64,000 nucleotides of DNA from Hydrolagus affinis (taxonomy: Eukaryota): NCBI GenBank assembly GCA_012026655.1, contig JAAILG010000177.1:1-64000 (forward strand). Reading direction: 5' to 3'. Positions 53,612 through 64,000 of this stretch are shown piece after piece. The stretch's first letter is position 1. Every line of letters begins with the position of its first letter. The notes under the pieces were generated by a model. The model searched no databases. It was not told the DNA's origin and was given only the letters and a program-made list of their open reading frames with translations. Made by a program: the position numbers and the translations under genes.

Positions 53612-54015
53612 GTACCTTTGGATAGAATGGAATATTTTACGGAGGTCATATTATCATTTCAGTGCCAAGGTCTGTATTGGAGGGGAAGCTCAACTTCAGA
53701 TTTTCAATGAAGTCAACAGTTGCATCTCAAAACAAATATGAGTCAGCTCTATGCATACTGAACTTATGTCAACGTGCAGGAGGCCGGAAACAGATACTGT
53801 ACTTAAAAATATTGGTACAGAAGATTTCAAAGCAAGCTACTTCTCCCATTTTGAGAGAGCTGGCAGATGCATCTGGTTCATATCTATTTTGTCTGTTTAT
53901 ACATGCGGACCAGTCAGAAGAATCATGTATATTTATATACATGTATTGCTCTTTGTATTTTTAACCTCATGAATCTGACTCCAGGTGGCTATATATTTTA
54001 TTACATGTCATAGCA

Positions 54016-54310
54016 GCTCTTGTAGCTCAGTGGTTAGAGCACTCACCTTACAAGAGTGAGACCTGGGTTCGAATCTGGGGCGAAACCGTGGGCAAGTTTC
54101 CTTACTCCATGTGCCTAATAATAATCCATCCCCCAAAAAACTTGGTCGTTTTCAATCCATGACTGTTTGTGGGACGCTGCTGTGCACAATTGGCTGCCGC
54201 GTTTCGCCCACAAATATACAGTCAATTCACTTTACAGTATATTCTGTGAAGCGCTTTGAGACGTCAATAAGATGTGAAAAGCCCTATATCAAATGCAAGG
54301 ATTATTATTA
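54016..54310 (+). mobile_element. Young tRNA-SINE, full length, just upstream of exon 4
   Basis: Family head, core and tail. Confidence 0.92.
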
Positions 54311-54353
54311 TGTTATATCAGGGCTCTATAATGATTTCTTTCATTTGTGACAG

Positions 54354-54550
54354 GTCTACTGGAGCTGAAAGAGGAAACTATTGAGAGTCTCCTGGCTGCC
54401 GCGTGCTTACTCCAGCTCTCCCAAGTGGTGGAGGTGTGCTGCAACTTCCTCATGAAGCAATTGCATCCTTCAAACTGTTTGGGTATTAGGTCATTCGGTG
54501 ATGCTCAAGGCTGCATGAATCTGTTGAAAGTGGCTCACAGTTATACCACC
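54354..54550 (+). CDS. KLHL4: KLHL4 coding exon 4 (BTB end, BACK start)
   Basis: Acceptor gtgacag|GT; encodes [21 protein letters not shown]...[18 protein letters not shown]; donor ACC|GTAAGT; 197 nt. RSFGDAQ favours KLHL4 over KLHL1/KLHL5 as I recall them. Confidence 0.95.
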
Positions 54551-54923
54551 GTAAGTGATTTACAGAGTAAGAAGTAATGGGACAAGCTATGTTACTATAT
54601 TTGACAGCATTTAGCCTGGATGGTTTAGTGGCATCTTGAATGTTGGCAGCCATAAGATATTTATTGTTCATCTATCAAATCCAGGCAGTTCACACAACAA
54701 TACATCTTTGTAGTAGTATTATTATTACTGTTCACCATTGTCTCTCCATTCGCTCTCTGCTTTTTATTTATTTTATTTATTGACTCTCTTATCCACTCAG
54801 AGCATCAAAAAAAATTACTTTTGTTATAATCCTAAAAAATATATAATCCATGCTTTTGATAAAATGCCTTATCATGTCATTGAAATGTTTCAAAGTGCCT
54901 CACTGGATTTTTGCTGTGAAATA

Positions 54924-55039
54924 CAGTAAAACCTTCGTTATCCGGCACCCTCAGTGTCCCGGATCTCCCATTACAATTGGAGATACCGGTTGGTTGAGTT
55001 TGCCGGTTGGTTGGGTACTGGTTAAAAAAGGTTTTACTG
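54924..55039. mobile_element. pogo/Tigger-type MITE
   Basis: TA|CAGTAAAACCTT...AAGGTTTTACTG|TA; 27-bp TIRs with 5 mismatches and a TA target site. Confidence 0.85.
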
Positions 55040-58000
55040 TAATTGTATTTCAAGCAAACACAGCTGACAATTTGTGCACAGCAAGTGTCCCACAAACAGC
55101 TGAACACCAAGAGAAACTCTACTCTCTTTCAAATGGTATCATGTGATCTTTAAATATCCGCTTTAACAAAAAACACACAAATATACTATTCTCCAGTTAT
55201 TGTGCTTATTCAGGATTATTGTGGCCTCGTCAATCTGATGCCATTTTCTTCTGTGGTTTTTGAAGATTAAAGCGAGTTCGGTTTGGTTTAGTCTTATGAT
55301 TAAATATCCATTTACCGTTGAATGGATAGCCTGTGCTAAGTGGTGTTAACACAAGAAGGAAATTGAATAATTTACACCGGCGGCCACTCTCTCGCTCATG
55401 CGAGATCTGTGCAGCAAAATGCACAATGCCCAGCAATCTCCTTCAGATTCAAAGTAAGTTTGCAACATCAAAGAGAAATCTCTCTACTATTAGCATCTGA
55501 TTTGAACATGAACATGAAGGGAGGTTATTCTGAAAGGTACAGATTTACAATTGCTGTTTGCCAGAGGAACAATGGCTCATCATCCCAGCTCGACTGAGAA
55601 GTTCCAGTATCGAAAAGAGGAGGCGAGTATGTGACCACCAAAAGAAGAGACGTACATTTAAATAATTAAAATTGAAAAGCTGTGTGGAAAAGGAGGAAGC
55701 AAATGATAATTCAGCATTTTTTTTAACAAAAAATAGGATTACTTGCATAAAGACACAATCATAGCTGTACCTATCATGAGGTTGCAGGTTAAAATCCAAC
55801 CTTTTCTGGGTGGCTAGTTTGGGCTTGGGGAGCTTTCAAAGCTTGAATGCTCCTGCATTAGAGAGAGAGGAATAATGGCCAGTGTTTCTGTTACCCTTTT
55901 TGGAAGGTCAGCATTTAGGTGAGGATACAATCAGGCTTGGTTATATATCCTACCACACTGTCAGGACTTGTGTGTCAATGACTGTGACTTGGGTTAGGTA
56001 CAGGAGGTCGATTGGTGGCTGGGGGCATGAATGAGAGAAAATTGCGAGAGCAGAAACTGGTGAAAGGAAAGGCTGCTCAACCAGCAGTTGTGTTTAAAAG
56101 AACAAAAGGAATGAGCTGCTCAAGATGAGAAGGTTACGGTTTAATATACTGGATTTGTGGTCAACAGTATTGCAAATGATTATACACTGTGTTGATAGTT
56201 AGTTTTTGATTTAATCTGTCAGTTTCTGGCCTGTGTGCGACACCTTACATTTTCAAGAGAGTTTAGCAATGAGGCACAAGTCTATTTAAACTCCAATCAA
56301 CATCAACAATTAGTACTGGGTAATTGTAAATCTGCCTGGGGGGTGCAATTAGTCTACTATAAAGCACAATTTCAATTTCCAAGGATGCAAGGCGGTAAGG
56401 GTTCTGCTTATGGGAACCATCACTGCTCTGTCGGGAGATCAGACTTTACACGTTAATTCATAGCCCCACACAGCATAAGAAAACATTTTGTAACGTTGGA
56501 AATCCAATTCAATCCAGATCATAGTATTTTAGCTCAGCTCCTACTTAAGATCCCACTTGCAATCCAGTCCATTCAGAATCTGAAAAGGCCCATGTCTTTG
56601 GAGGGTTTCCTTTCACTGCCTGGTTTCAGGGCACCATTTGCCACCAGTGTGTGCATTAAGGGATTCCTCAGCCACAATCAGAAAAAAAACTGAAACAAAC
56701 TAACTCTCATAATGTTTGCACCTACCCGTGTTGTGATTTAATAGTTCTGTACAATTGGATTTCAGTATTAGCGGATGAGAGGAAATTGATTCAATTGCAA
56801 TGGAAAGCAAATACCTGTACCTAAAATGTCCAAGGAGCAATTTGGACTTTTGTTGAATCTGTAATTTTAAGACCTTGGTCGGTACATTTTTATTACATTA
56901 ATTTTTTTTGTCTGACATGTGCACCGGCATTGAATTCACCATTGAATTAACATCTGCAGCAGCTTCAAACCAGCTCTTTTCACAAACTTAAGCTTAACTC
57001 AAATGTAATTGCAAATTGTGTCTCCTCATGGTTTACTTTTACTGTCCCTGTTCTTGCCGCTGTACTGCAGCACAGCTTCAAAGACTTGTGCAGGCAAGTC
57101 AGTGGAAATAAATCCACTGTCGGCGTTACGTTGTAAAGTAAACAGATTACAAATGGGAATTTCCTGATGTTATGCAGAGAAACCACAAGCATTTCATCTA
57201 CTATCCCTGGGTCAGAAAAGTGGAGAACTACCACCCGTGGAATAGAGGACAATAAAGGGAGTCATATTTTGCTCATTAAGCCAAATGTTACACAGTTATA
57301 TTTTAAATTAATTTTGATAGCTGTTGTGCACACAGGAATTTTCAGTGGCAGAAATATGGAATCTGGTCAGTAAAATGTAAGCACATCCTGTTTAATCTCT
57401 TCACTTGTGGACACGACAATGCGAGACCTTATTAACAATTTCCTGCCTCTGTATCTTTCTCGCACAGGCAAAGCCCATCCTGATAAACAGTTTTGCCTAT
57501 TTTTGTAAACTGAAATGGACGAAGCTTCCGGTTCCTATTTTCCAGACAAAAAACAGTGAGAGGATGTGGATAACAGATCCCAGCCCCTGTCACTTTTGGA
57601 ATCAGCACTTTTAGCTCTGCCTGTTCCCCCTCCCTCCCCCCCCCCACCCATCACTACCCATTGCTTGTCATTTTCTTACAAACCCATGTGATGAGATGAA
57701 AGCCCAGAATAAAAATAACCCATATGTGACCCAAAATAAATTTGCTGAATATCAAATTTGTTAAGTAAACAAGGCATTGAGCAAAAAGATCCGAGCCAGA
57801 AATGAGCTTGTCCAGAGTTGGACATCCTCCCAATGTGAAAGGCGCTGCACAAATGTAACTTTGTTTTTGTTGTTGTACTTAATAATCACTGCAATTGTTA
57901 GAAGTACAATGTTGATAGTTAGTGAGCACACAGGTGAAATCTGGAGGATTTAGTCACTTTGCATTCGGGTGTGTAAGTCTTTATTTTGGTGCTGGCTCAT

Positions 58001-59299
58001 GGGGAGAGAGGACTATGCTGCACAGAGAGGAAAATAAGTCAGAACTTGACACGGTGAGAGCATTTGCCTGATCAGTTCAACAAATCTTTTTCTCCAACAC
58101 AGTGATGACTCGAAATGAAGTGAGCAATATGTGTCAAATACACTTCCATGGAAAATATTACCACGGGAATAGTGAGTAAGGAGCATATCAAAACCAGTAC
58201 AGATTTTAATCTCAATGTCTGTCAGAGTTGATTTATAAGCATTGAAATCTGATTATGAAGATTGATTCACAATATGGAAGTGGCAATCAAGTCACTGAAT
58301 GATACCTGAGGTGGAATTTTTGAGAAACAAAATACCATCTGCGTTCATTCCAGGCAATACAAGTACAATTCCTGATCGTAATTTATAAAATCATTTAGTC
58401 ATACTTTTTTTATTACTTGCCAGAATATAAAGATCCTGAAGATAACTGTTTAAGAATGATGTGAATAAAAATTATTTAGCCTTGTCAACTATTTTGTTGT
58501 TCTGTCAAATTGGGTGAAGGGTTCTTGAAACAACTCTGAATTACAAGTGTGCTGATCAATACAATTAAACAAGTAAATGGCTTTGAATATTTAAGTGGAT
58601 TATGAGTATTTATTTTTGCATAATCAGTATGCAGCTAACGAATAAGGTGCATTTACTAATAGCAAATACTGACATAGAGGTTAAAACACATCTTGAATCA
58701 TGCCCTCATCATGGGCTTAATATTTTAATTGCTTCTCATCCATCATGCACCCGCGCTCAGTAAATTGAAGTGCCAACGCTGTCACTACCTCAGGATATGA
58801 ATTTCTGGTTGCTTTATTGATTGACTGAAATGCTCGATCCGAATGACTCAATGGACCAAAAATGAATAAATGCAGCCTAATAAGATTGAGCTACGTTTGC
58901 AACCGTGGCAAAACCTACATGTTTTAGAGAATGGTGTGTGACTTCTTTAGTAATGAGAGAGAGGCAGGGACTGCATACAAAATATATCAGTGTATGTTCT
59001 CACAAAATCTCAGTCACAAATGTCCCACAGGTCTGCATTTTATTGCAATTATCAAAAATTGAGAGTCGCAAAACAAGTTGCCTTGTTTCAAGCCTCCCCT
59101 TTCAAGCTCCAAACTCCCACCATGTCCAACACAGTCACTTAAAGAAATGGTGTGTATTGAAGGGTGATGGAGTAAGAGTGGGTGAGTGTGACTAGTCGGT
59201 AGCTCTTTCAAAGAATAGGAGTAGATCCAATGGGCGAAATGGCCTCTTTCTGTGCTGTAAAATTCTGCATGTTTACTGCTATCTTCCAACTGAATGATA

Positions 59300-59716
59300 A
59301 AACAATCCTTACATTTGGAATAGTGCCTTTCATAATGGGAGGACATTCCAAAGTGCTTCATAACTATACTGTAAAGTGCAATGACTGTGTGTTGTGGGCG
59401 AAAGCGGAAGCCAATTTGCATGCAGCAAAGTCCTACAAACAGCCAAGGAGTGAATGATGTGGCCACAATTTACTTAGGAAGACTTAATCAACCCTGCCAA
59501 AGATGCAAATGCAGATGCTCACAGAAATAGATGTAAAGGGAACTCAAATAAATTTCACGTAATAGAGTTTCAGCAGCAGAGTCAATTATGTTAATAACAA
59601 TGATAATCCCTGCATTTGATGTAATACCTTACCACATCAGGGCGATGTCTCAAAAGTGTTTCACCGAATACAGTATATTGTAAAGTGGATTGACTATATT
59701 TTGTGGGCGAAACGCA
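59300..59716 (-). mobile_element. Two SINE 3' fragments (~59300-59455 and ~59600-59716)
   Basis: Reverse-complement tails (aatccttacatttg..., aatccctgcatttgat...). Confidence 0.7.
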
Positions 59717-59840
59717 AAATAGAAGTACATAGGGGTGGGTGGGAATTTGTAAACTGTAAGCTGCGCACATTTTTTATTCATAGTTAATGTCACCCATATT
59801 TATCGCTGCTAATTAGATTTTCATTGATTTTTTTCTCTAG

Positions 59841-60053
59841 GAACATTTCTTGGAAGTGATAAAGAATCAAGAATTCCTTCTGCTTCCAGCCATTGAGATT
59901 GAGAAGCTTCTCGCCAGCGATGACATCAATGTTCCTGATGAGGATACCATATTTCACGCTTTGATGATGTGGGTAAAACACGATTTACAGAAGAGGCAAC
60001 AAAATCTGTCAATGCTCTTGTCTTACATCAGACTCCCGCTACTTCCTCCGCAG
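59841..60053 (+). CDS. KLHL4: KLHL4 coding exon 5 (BACK)
   Basis: Acceptor ttttctctag|GAA; encodes [16 protein letters not shown]...[10 protein letters not shown]; donor CAG|GTAAAA; 213 nt. Confidence 0.95.
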
Positions 60054-60329
60054 GTAAAAGGGCAGCAAATTAGGTTCACTGTCTTTTCTATATTTTGCTG
60101 CCTTGTCAATGAACAATTCTTTTGACCATAATAAGAAATGCCATTATCACAAGGTTGATGCCACGTTTGGTTTCCTTTTCAGTAGACGTAAAATGCTATG
60201 TTACATCAGATGAGATTCATTGTTTGTTTGCTGAGATCTTGAGATCTGTAATTAGATACTGAGCATGTGTAGAAATTGTGCAGTATAAATGCAGCAATGG
60301 TGACTGATGGACTCAAATGTTTGGATCAG

Positions 60330-60516
60330 CTCTTGGCAGATTTGGAAAATAATCCCATGTTTGCTGACGATTTGGAATGTCAGAAACTCCTGATGGAAGC
60401 TATGAAGTATCATCTGTTGCCAGAGCGACGGCCCATGATGCAGAGCCCCAGGACGAAGCCACGCAAGTCTACAGTCGGAGCACTTTATGCCGTTGGGGGA
60501 ATGGATACCACGAAGG
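60330..60516 (+). CDS. KLHL4: KLHL4 coding exon 6 (linker, kelch 1 start)
   Basis: Acceptor ggatcag|CTC; encodes [34 protein letters not shown]...[18 protein letters not shown]; donor G|GTACGT; 187 nt. Confidence 0.93.
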
Positions 60517-60543
60517 GTACGTAGAACCACTGTACCCGTGAAC

Positions 60544-60547
<4 letters not shown>

Positions 60548-60574
<27 letters not shown>
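60548..60574. repeat. (TG)n microsatellite
   Basis: Directly visible, ~30 nt downstream of the exon 6 donor. Confidence 0.95.
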
Positions 60575-60575
<1 letters not shown>

Positions 60576-60900
60576 GCAGATAAAATTAGCACCAACATCA
60601 CTACCACACTTCAGCTCCTTGGGATGTCCTCCCGACGTGAAAGGCGCTCTATAAATGTAATTTTGTTGTTGTTGTTGTTGTAAAAATAAACGATTACCAA
60701 ATAATTAATCCTGCAACCTTTTGGGCTGCTGAGAGCTGGATGCCCTAGTTGAACAACATCCGCGGGGCGCAGAAGCAATATGTTTGTGTTTTCCCTTCCA
60801 GAAAACATAACGTCACATTTCTGGGTTAAGGAGGGAGTTGGTGGGTAAACCTGCTGTGAGTTTCACTACCAGGGTCACCTTCAACTCCTCAGATGCCAGA

Positions 60901-60990
60901 TAATAATAATCCGTGCATTTGGTAAAGTGCCTTTCATGTGAAGAGGATGTCTCAAAGCCCTTTGCAGGATAAATTGTAAAGTTGACTGGC
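60901..60990 (-). mobile_element. SINE 3' tail fragment
   Basis: taataataatccgtgcatttg...gatgtctcaaagc. Confidence 0.7.
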
Positions 60991-61097
60991 TCGTGTTCAT
61001 TATTTTGAAAACTTCCCTCATCTCTGATACCCACCCCACCGACCCTAGGCAAGGATGACAATCTGTTATACACCCATTTGATGTGCCATTTCCACAG

Positions 61098-61322
61098 GTG
61101 CCACAACAATAGAGAAATATGACCTGCGAACAAACACTTGGATACAGGTAGGCACCATGAATGGAAGACGGCTGCAGTTTGGAGTGGCAGTGATAGACAA
61201 TAACCTGTACGTGGTCGGCGGCAGGGATGGATTGAAAACATCTAACACTGTTGAATGCTACAACCCAATAGTCAAGGTCTGGTCTATAATGCCGCCAATG
61301 TCTACCCACCGACATGGCCTAG
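61098..61322 (+). CDS. KLHL4: KLHL4 coding exon 7 (kelch repeats); gene continues beyond the window
   Basis: Not in the ORF track; read by hand. Acceptor tttccacag|GT; encodes [74 protein letters not shown]; donor G|GTAGGT; 225 nt. Confidence 0.95.
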
Positions 61323-62886
61323 GTAGGTGAAACACATTTCCGGCTTGTAAAGCAGGTGTTTAATTATAAAACTCCTCCACAAAGTATTTTCTGCGTGTGC
61401 ATCTGGCACAGATGTGTCGGAATATTGTCTGAAGGTAATGTTCGTTTGTGGGAAATTCCTTGCAATTATCAGTCTCACAAAATTGTCATTGATGTATAAA
61501 ACACAAATTTACATTATCGTTTAAAATTCCATCAATGAGGTTCTATATACAAATCTGCAACTCAGCCAAGACTTTTGCCATTGTGATAAAGAAGTATTTC
61601 TACCTGCATTCTTCTCTGATCAATTAGAGGCCTTGATTTTTATGCTCTTTGACATAATCATATTTATCATCGCAATCCAAGCTTGGGTCTGTTATTAGAA
61701 TATAACTTTCAGGGCAAAAAAGACAGCATTTCAATTTGAAGCCAGGGATGAAAGAATATTTCATAATAAATTTAAAGAATGCAGTTTTTAAAAAATATAT
61801 TTTATTTACATCATTGCAATTTATTTTGGTGGTGGGGGGAGCAGATAAATTTTGTTCAATATTAAACTGTGCTGCTGTGATTAAAAATAGTTTTCTGATG
61901 GAAATCTGAAATGGACCATATTGCCTTGCAATGTGCAACGTAATTGAAATGCTGCAAGGAGAATATCGAATACTACTTCAGCTACAAATCAGTCTGTCTG
62001 GATTGAAGTAGGTGACAGAAGCACAGCAATAATTACCAGTGAAGGATAAGCCTCCCATTTGTCATATCTGCTAATTTTGAAGGAGTCTCACTCCCAGGCT
62101 GCTTACCTCAGTGGGTTTTCAGGTTATGCTGGCAGCTCCAGTGGTGATTAAGTCAGAAGGCAATGGATGATCTCCACATTATTACACATAAATTATATAA
62201 AAGGTCAAGAGCAGTCAAGCCAACAAATACTGTGTTAGAATCTGACAATAGAATTAGCAATAAAGAACAACACAAGACTGATTATGAAACTAATTGCATT
62301 GCAGGATGTAAATCCGCTCACCATCTAAATGTATGTTACTGTATAATGAACTAAAGTCATAGTTTTTGTTGAAATAAAATTCCCGAGGCTAACTTGCTAA
62401 CCGATCATAGTGACAAAGAGAAATATATTAAAATATGTGCAGTTGTTGTGCAAATTTAAAAGTGAGAATTCTTAGGATCAATCTTCAAGCTGCCAGCAGG
62501 TTTTCGGAAACATGTATCTCCTTGAGCTGATAGTCTCAATAAGCTTTCATTTAATATGACAGTTAAAATAATGCTCAAACACTAGGTGATTCGTGTCGTC
62601 GAGATACACAAAAAGGTATTATCCAATGATGTGAGATGATGTGGTTCCTCAGCAAGTGTGAAAGTACAGATATTGAGATGGGTCTAGATTTGTACTACAA
62701 AGGGCTAAATCATTTGACAAAGAATAGCAATGGGCCAGCCATCTGTGTCTTATCAAAAAAAACACGTCGTTCATAACTACCCTGTTCTCATTCATAATTT
62801 AGTTATCAGATTTTAGAATTGCAGATCAATAGGGATTATCGTCTGTTGGATGCCAACTAAGTAGTGTCCTTAATTTGTTTGAAGTT

Positions 62887-63030
62887 AATAATAACCATTG
62901 CATTTAATATAGTGCTTTTCACCTCTTCTAGACATCATAAAGCATTTCACAGAATATACTGAAAAGTGAATTCACTATACTGTACTGTATATTTCTGAAC
63001 AAAACACAGCACCAGTTGCACACAGCAATT
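62887..63030 (-). mobile_element. SINE 3' fragment
   Basis: aataataaccattgcattt...ttcacagaatatactg. Confidence 0.78.
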
Positions 63031-64000
63031 AAAGGGAAAGAACTATTCCTTCATATGAAAAACAAGATTGAAAATCAGCTGAGGCATTTATTGAGACATC
63101 TTCTGATAAAGACATCTTCTGCTAAAAGCTTGAAGGAAAACTCTTTATGCTGAGACCACTGGGTTCCTTTGTAGATATAACATCCAGGATCTCTCAGATG
63201 GAAACTGAAACATCCAGATCTGGAATTTGCTGGATTAAAATTTAATTCAGGAAAAGACAATCACACTGAAAGCAAGTAGTTTTGCATTTAACGATTGTTG
63301 ATCGGTCTGTGTACTGACTTTGAGGATATCTATGGCAATGGAAATGGTGCAGTTTTACACACACTTCTTTCTCACCTCGATATCTTATTCTTTCCACACA
63401 GTTTTCTGCCACTTGCCCAAAAAAGCCATTGTTCATGTCTAAGTTTTGATTGTCCACATTGACAACTCCATGGGGGCTTTGACAGTACTGACTTCTAGAA
63501 ATTCTGGAAAGGATTACTGGACTCCCACTTTCTCAGTTTAGGATGCTGAAGGGTATTGCTTGGACCACCTAATTAAGCAGAGTGTGGTCTGCAATAAAAT
63601 AGGTAATTCATAGTTGTGGAGATGGAGTTTGTATCATGTGAAACAATAGCTTTTCTTAATTCCATGCTTTTTTATGTTCTTTCATAAACCAGTTACAGAC
63701 ACAAATCAACACATAACATGTCCCACATTCTTGCTTGAAAATACCTGTGTGCTTCTAATCCTGAAATAATCAGTGTGTTTGAGGCAGATTTAAATAAAAT
63801 ATCAAATACTAAGATACCATGTATAATTTCAGATTGTATAGAATATACATCAGAAAGCCAAGAATTACACAAAACTAAAGTAAGAGTTGATTTGCAGCAA
63901 AACCCACGATCTACTACAGTTGGAAGTGATTTGAACTATTTCATAAGTACCTGTAATTTGTTTTCTATAACGTGCATTTTCCTGATGTGCATTTTGAATG

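Noticed and set aside
60813-61315. Minus-strand ORFs of 142-144 aa
   Set aside because: Antisense shadows of exon 7 plus SINE sequence.
15813-61322. Assignment as KLHL1 or KLHL5
   Set aside because: MSVSG, SHSRDR-GLKK, RSFGDAQ and STVGALY fit KLHL4 best from recall. Exon 2 is somewhat KLHL5-like, probably an ancestral state; phylogeny and synteny would confirm.
1-64000. CRISPR array, operon or prokaryotic defence system
   Set aside because: No regularly spaced repeat-spacer arrays and very low coding density; the window is clearly spliced vertebrate DNA.

Overview
Vertebrate nuclear DNA, AT-rich and repeat-dense; the SINE/LINE content points to a cartilaginous fish, probably a chimaera (inference). 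The window holds the 5' part of a plus-strand kelch-like gene, best matching KLHL4. It has seven phase-consistent GT-AG coding exons from 15813 to 61322, a ~35.9 kb first intron, and remaining kelch exons beyond the window end. The rest is intergenic or intronic: a young tRNA-derived SINE family, older SacSINE1/DeuSINE-like copies, L2 and CR1 LINE fragments, MITEs and simple repeats. I found no prokaryotic-type system and cannot support any new protein-coding system. The best leads are: a TSD-flanked palindromic Penelope-like insertion centred on hammerhead-ribozyme cores; candidate alternative first exons; inverted SINEs around a frame-preserving exon block (possible circRNA); and clues to the SINE family's origin. 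Family assignments rest on my recall of consensus sequences, not database searches, and repeat boundaries are approximate.
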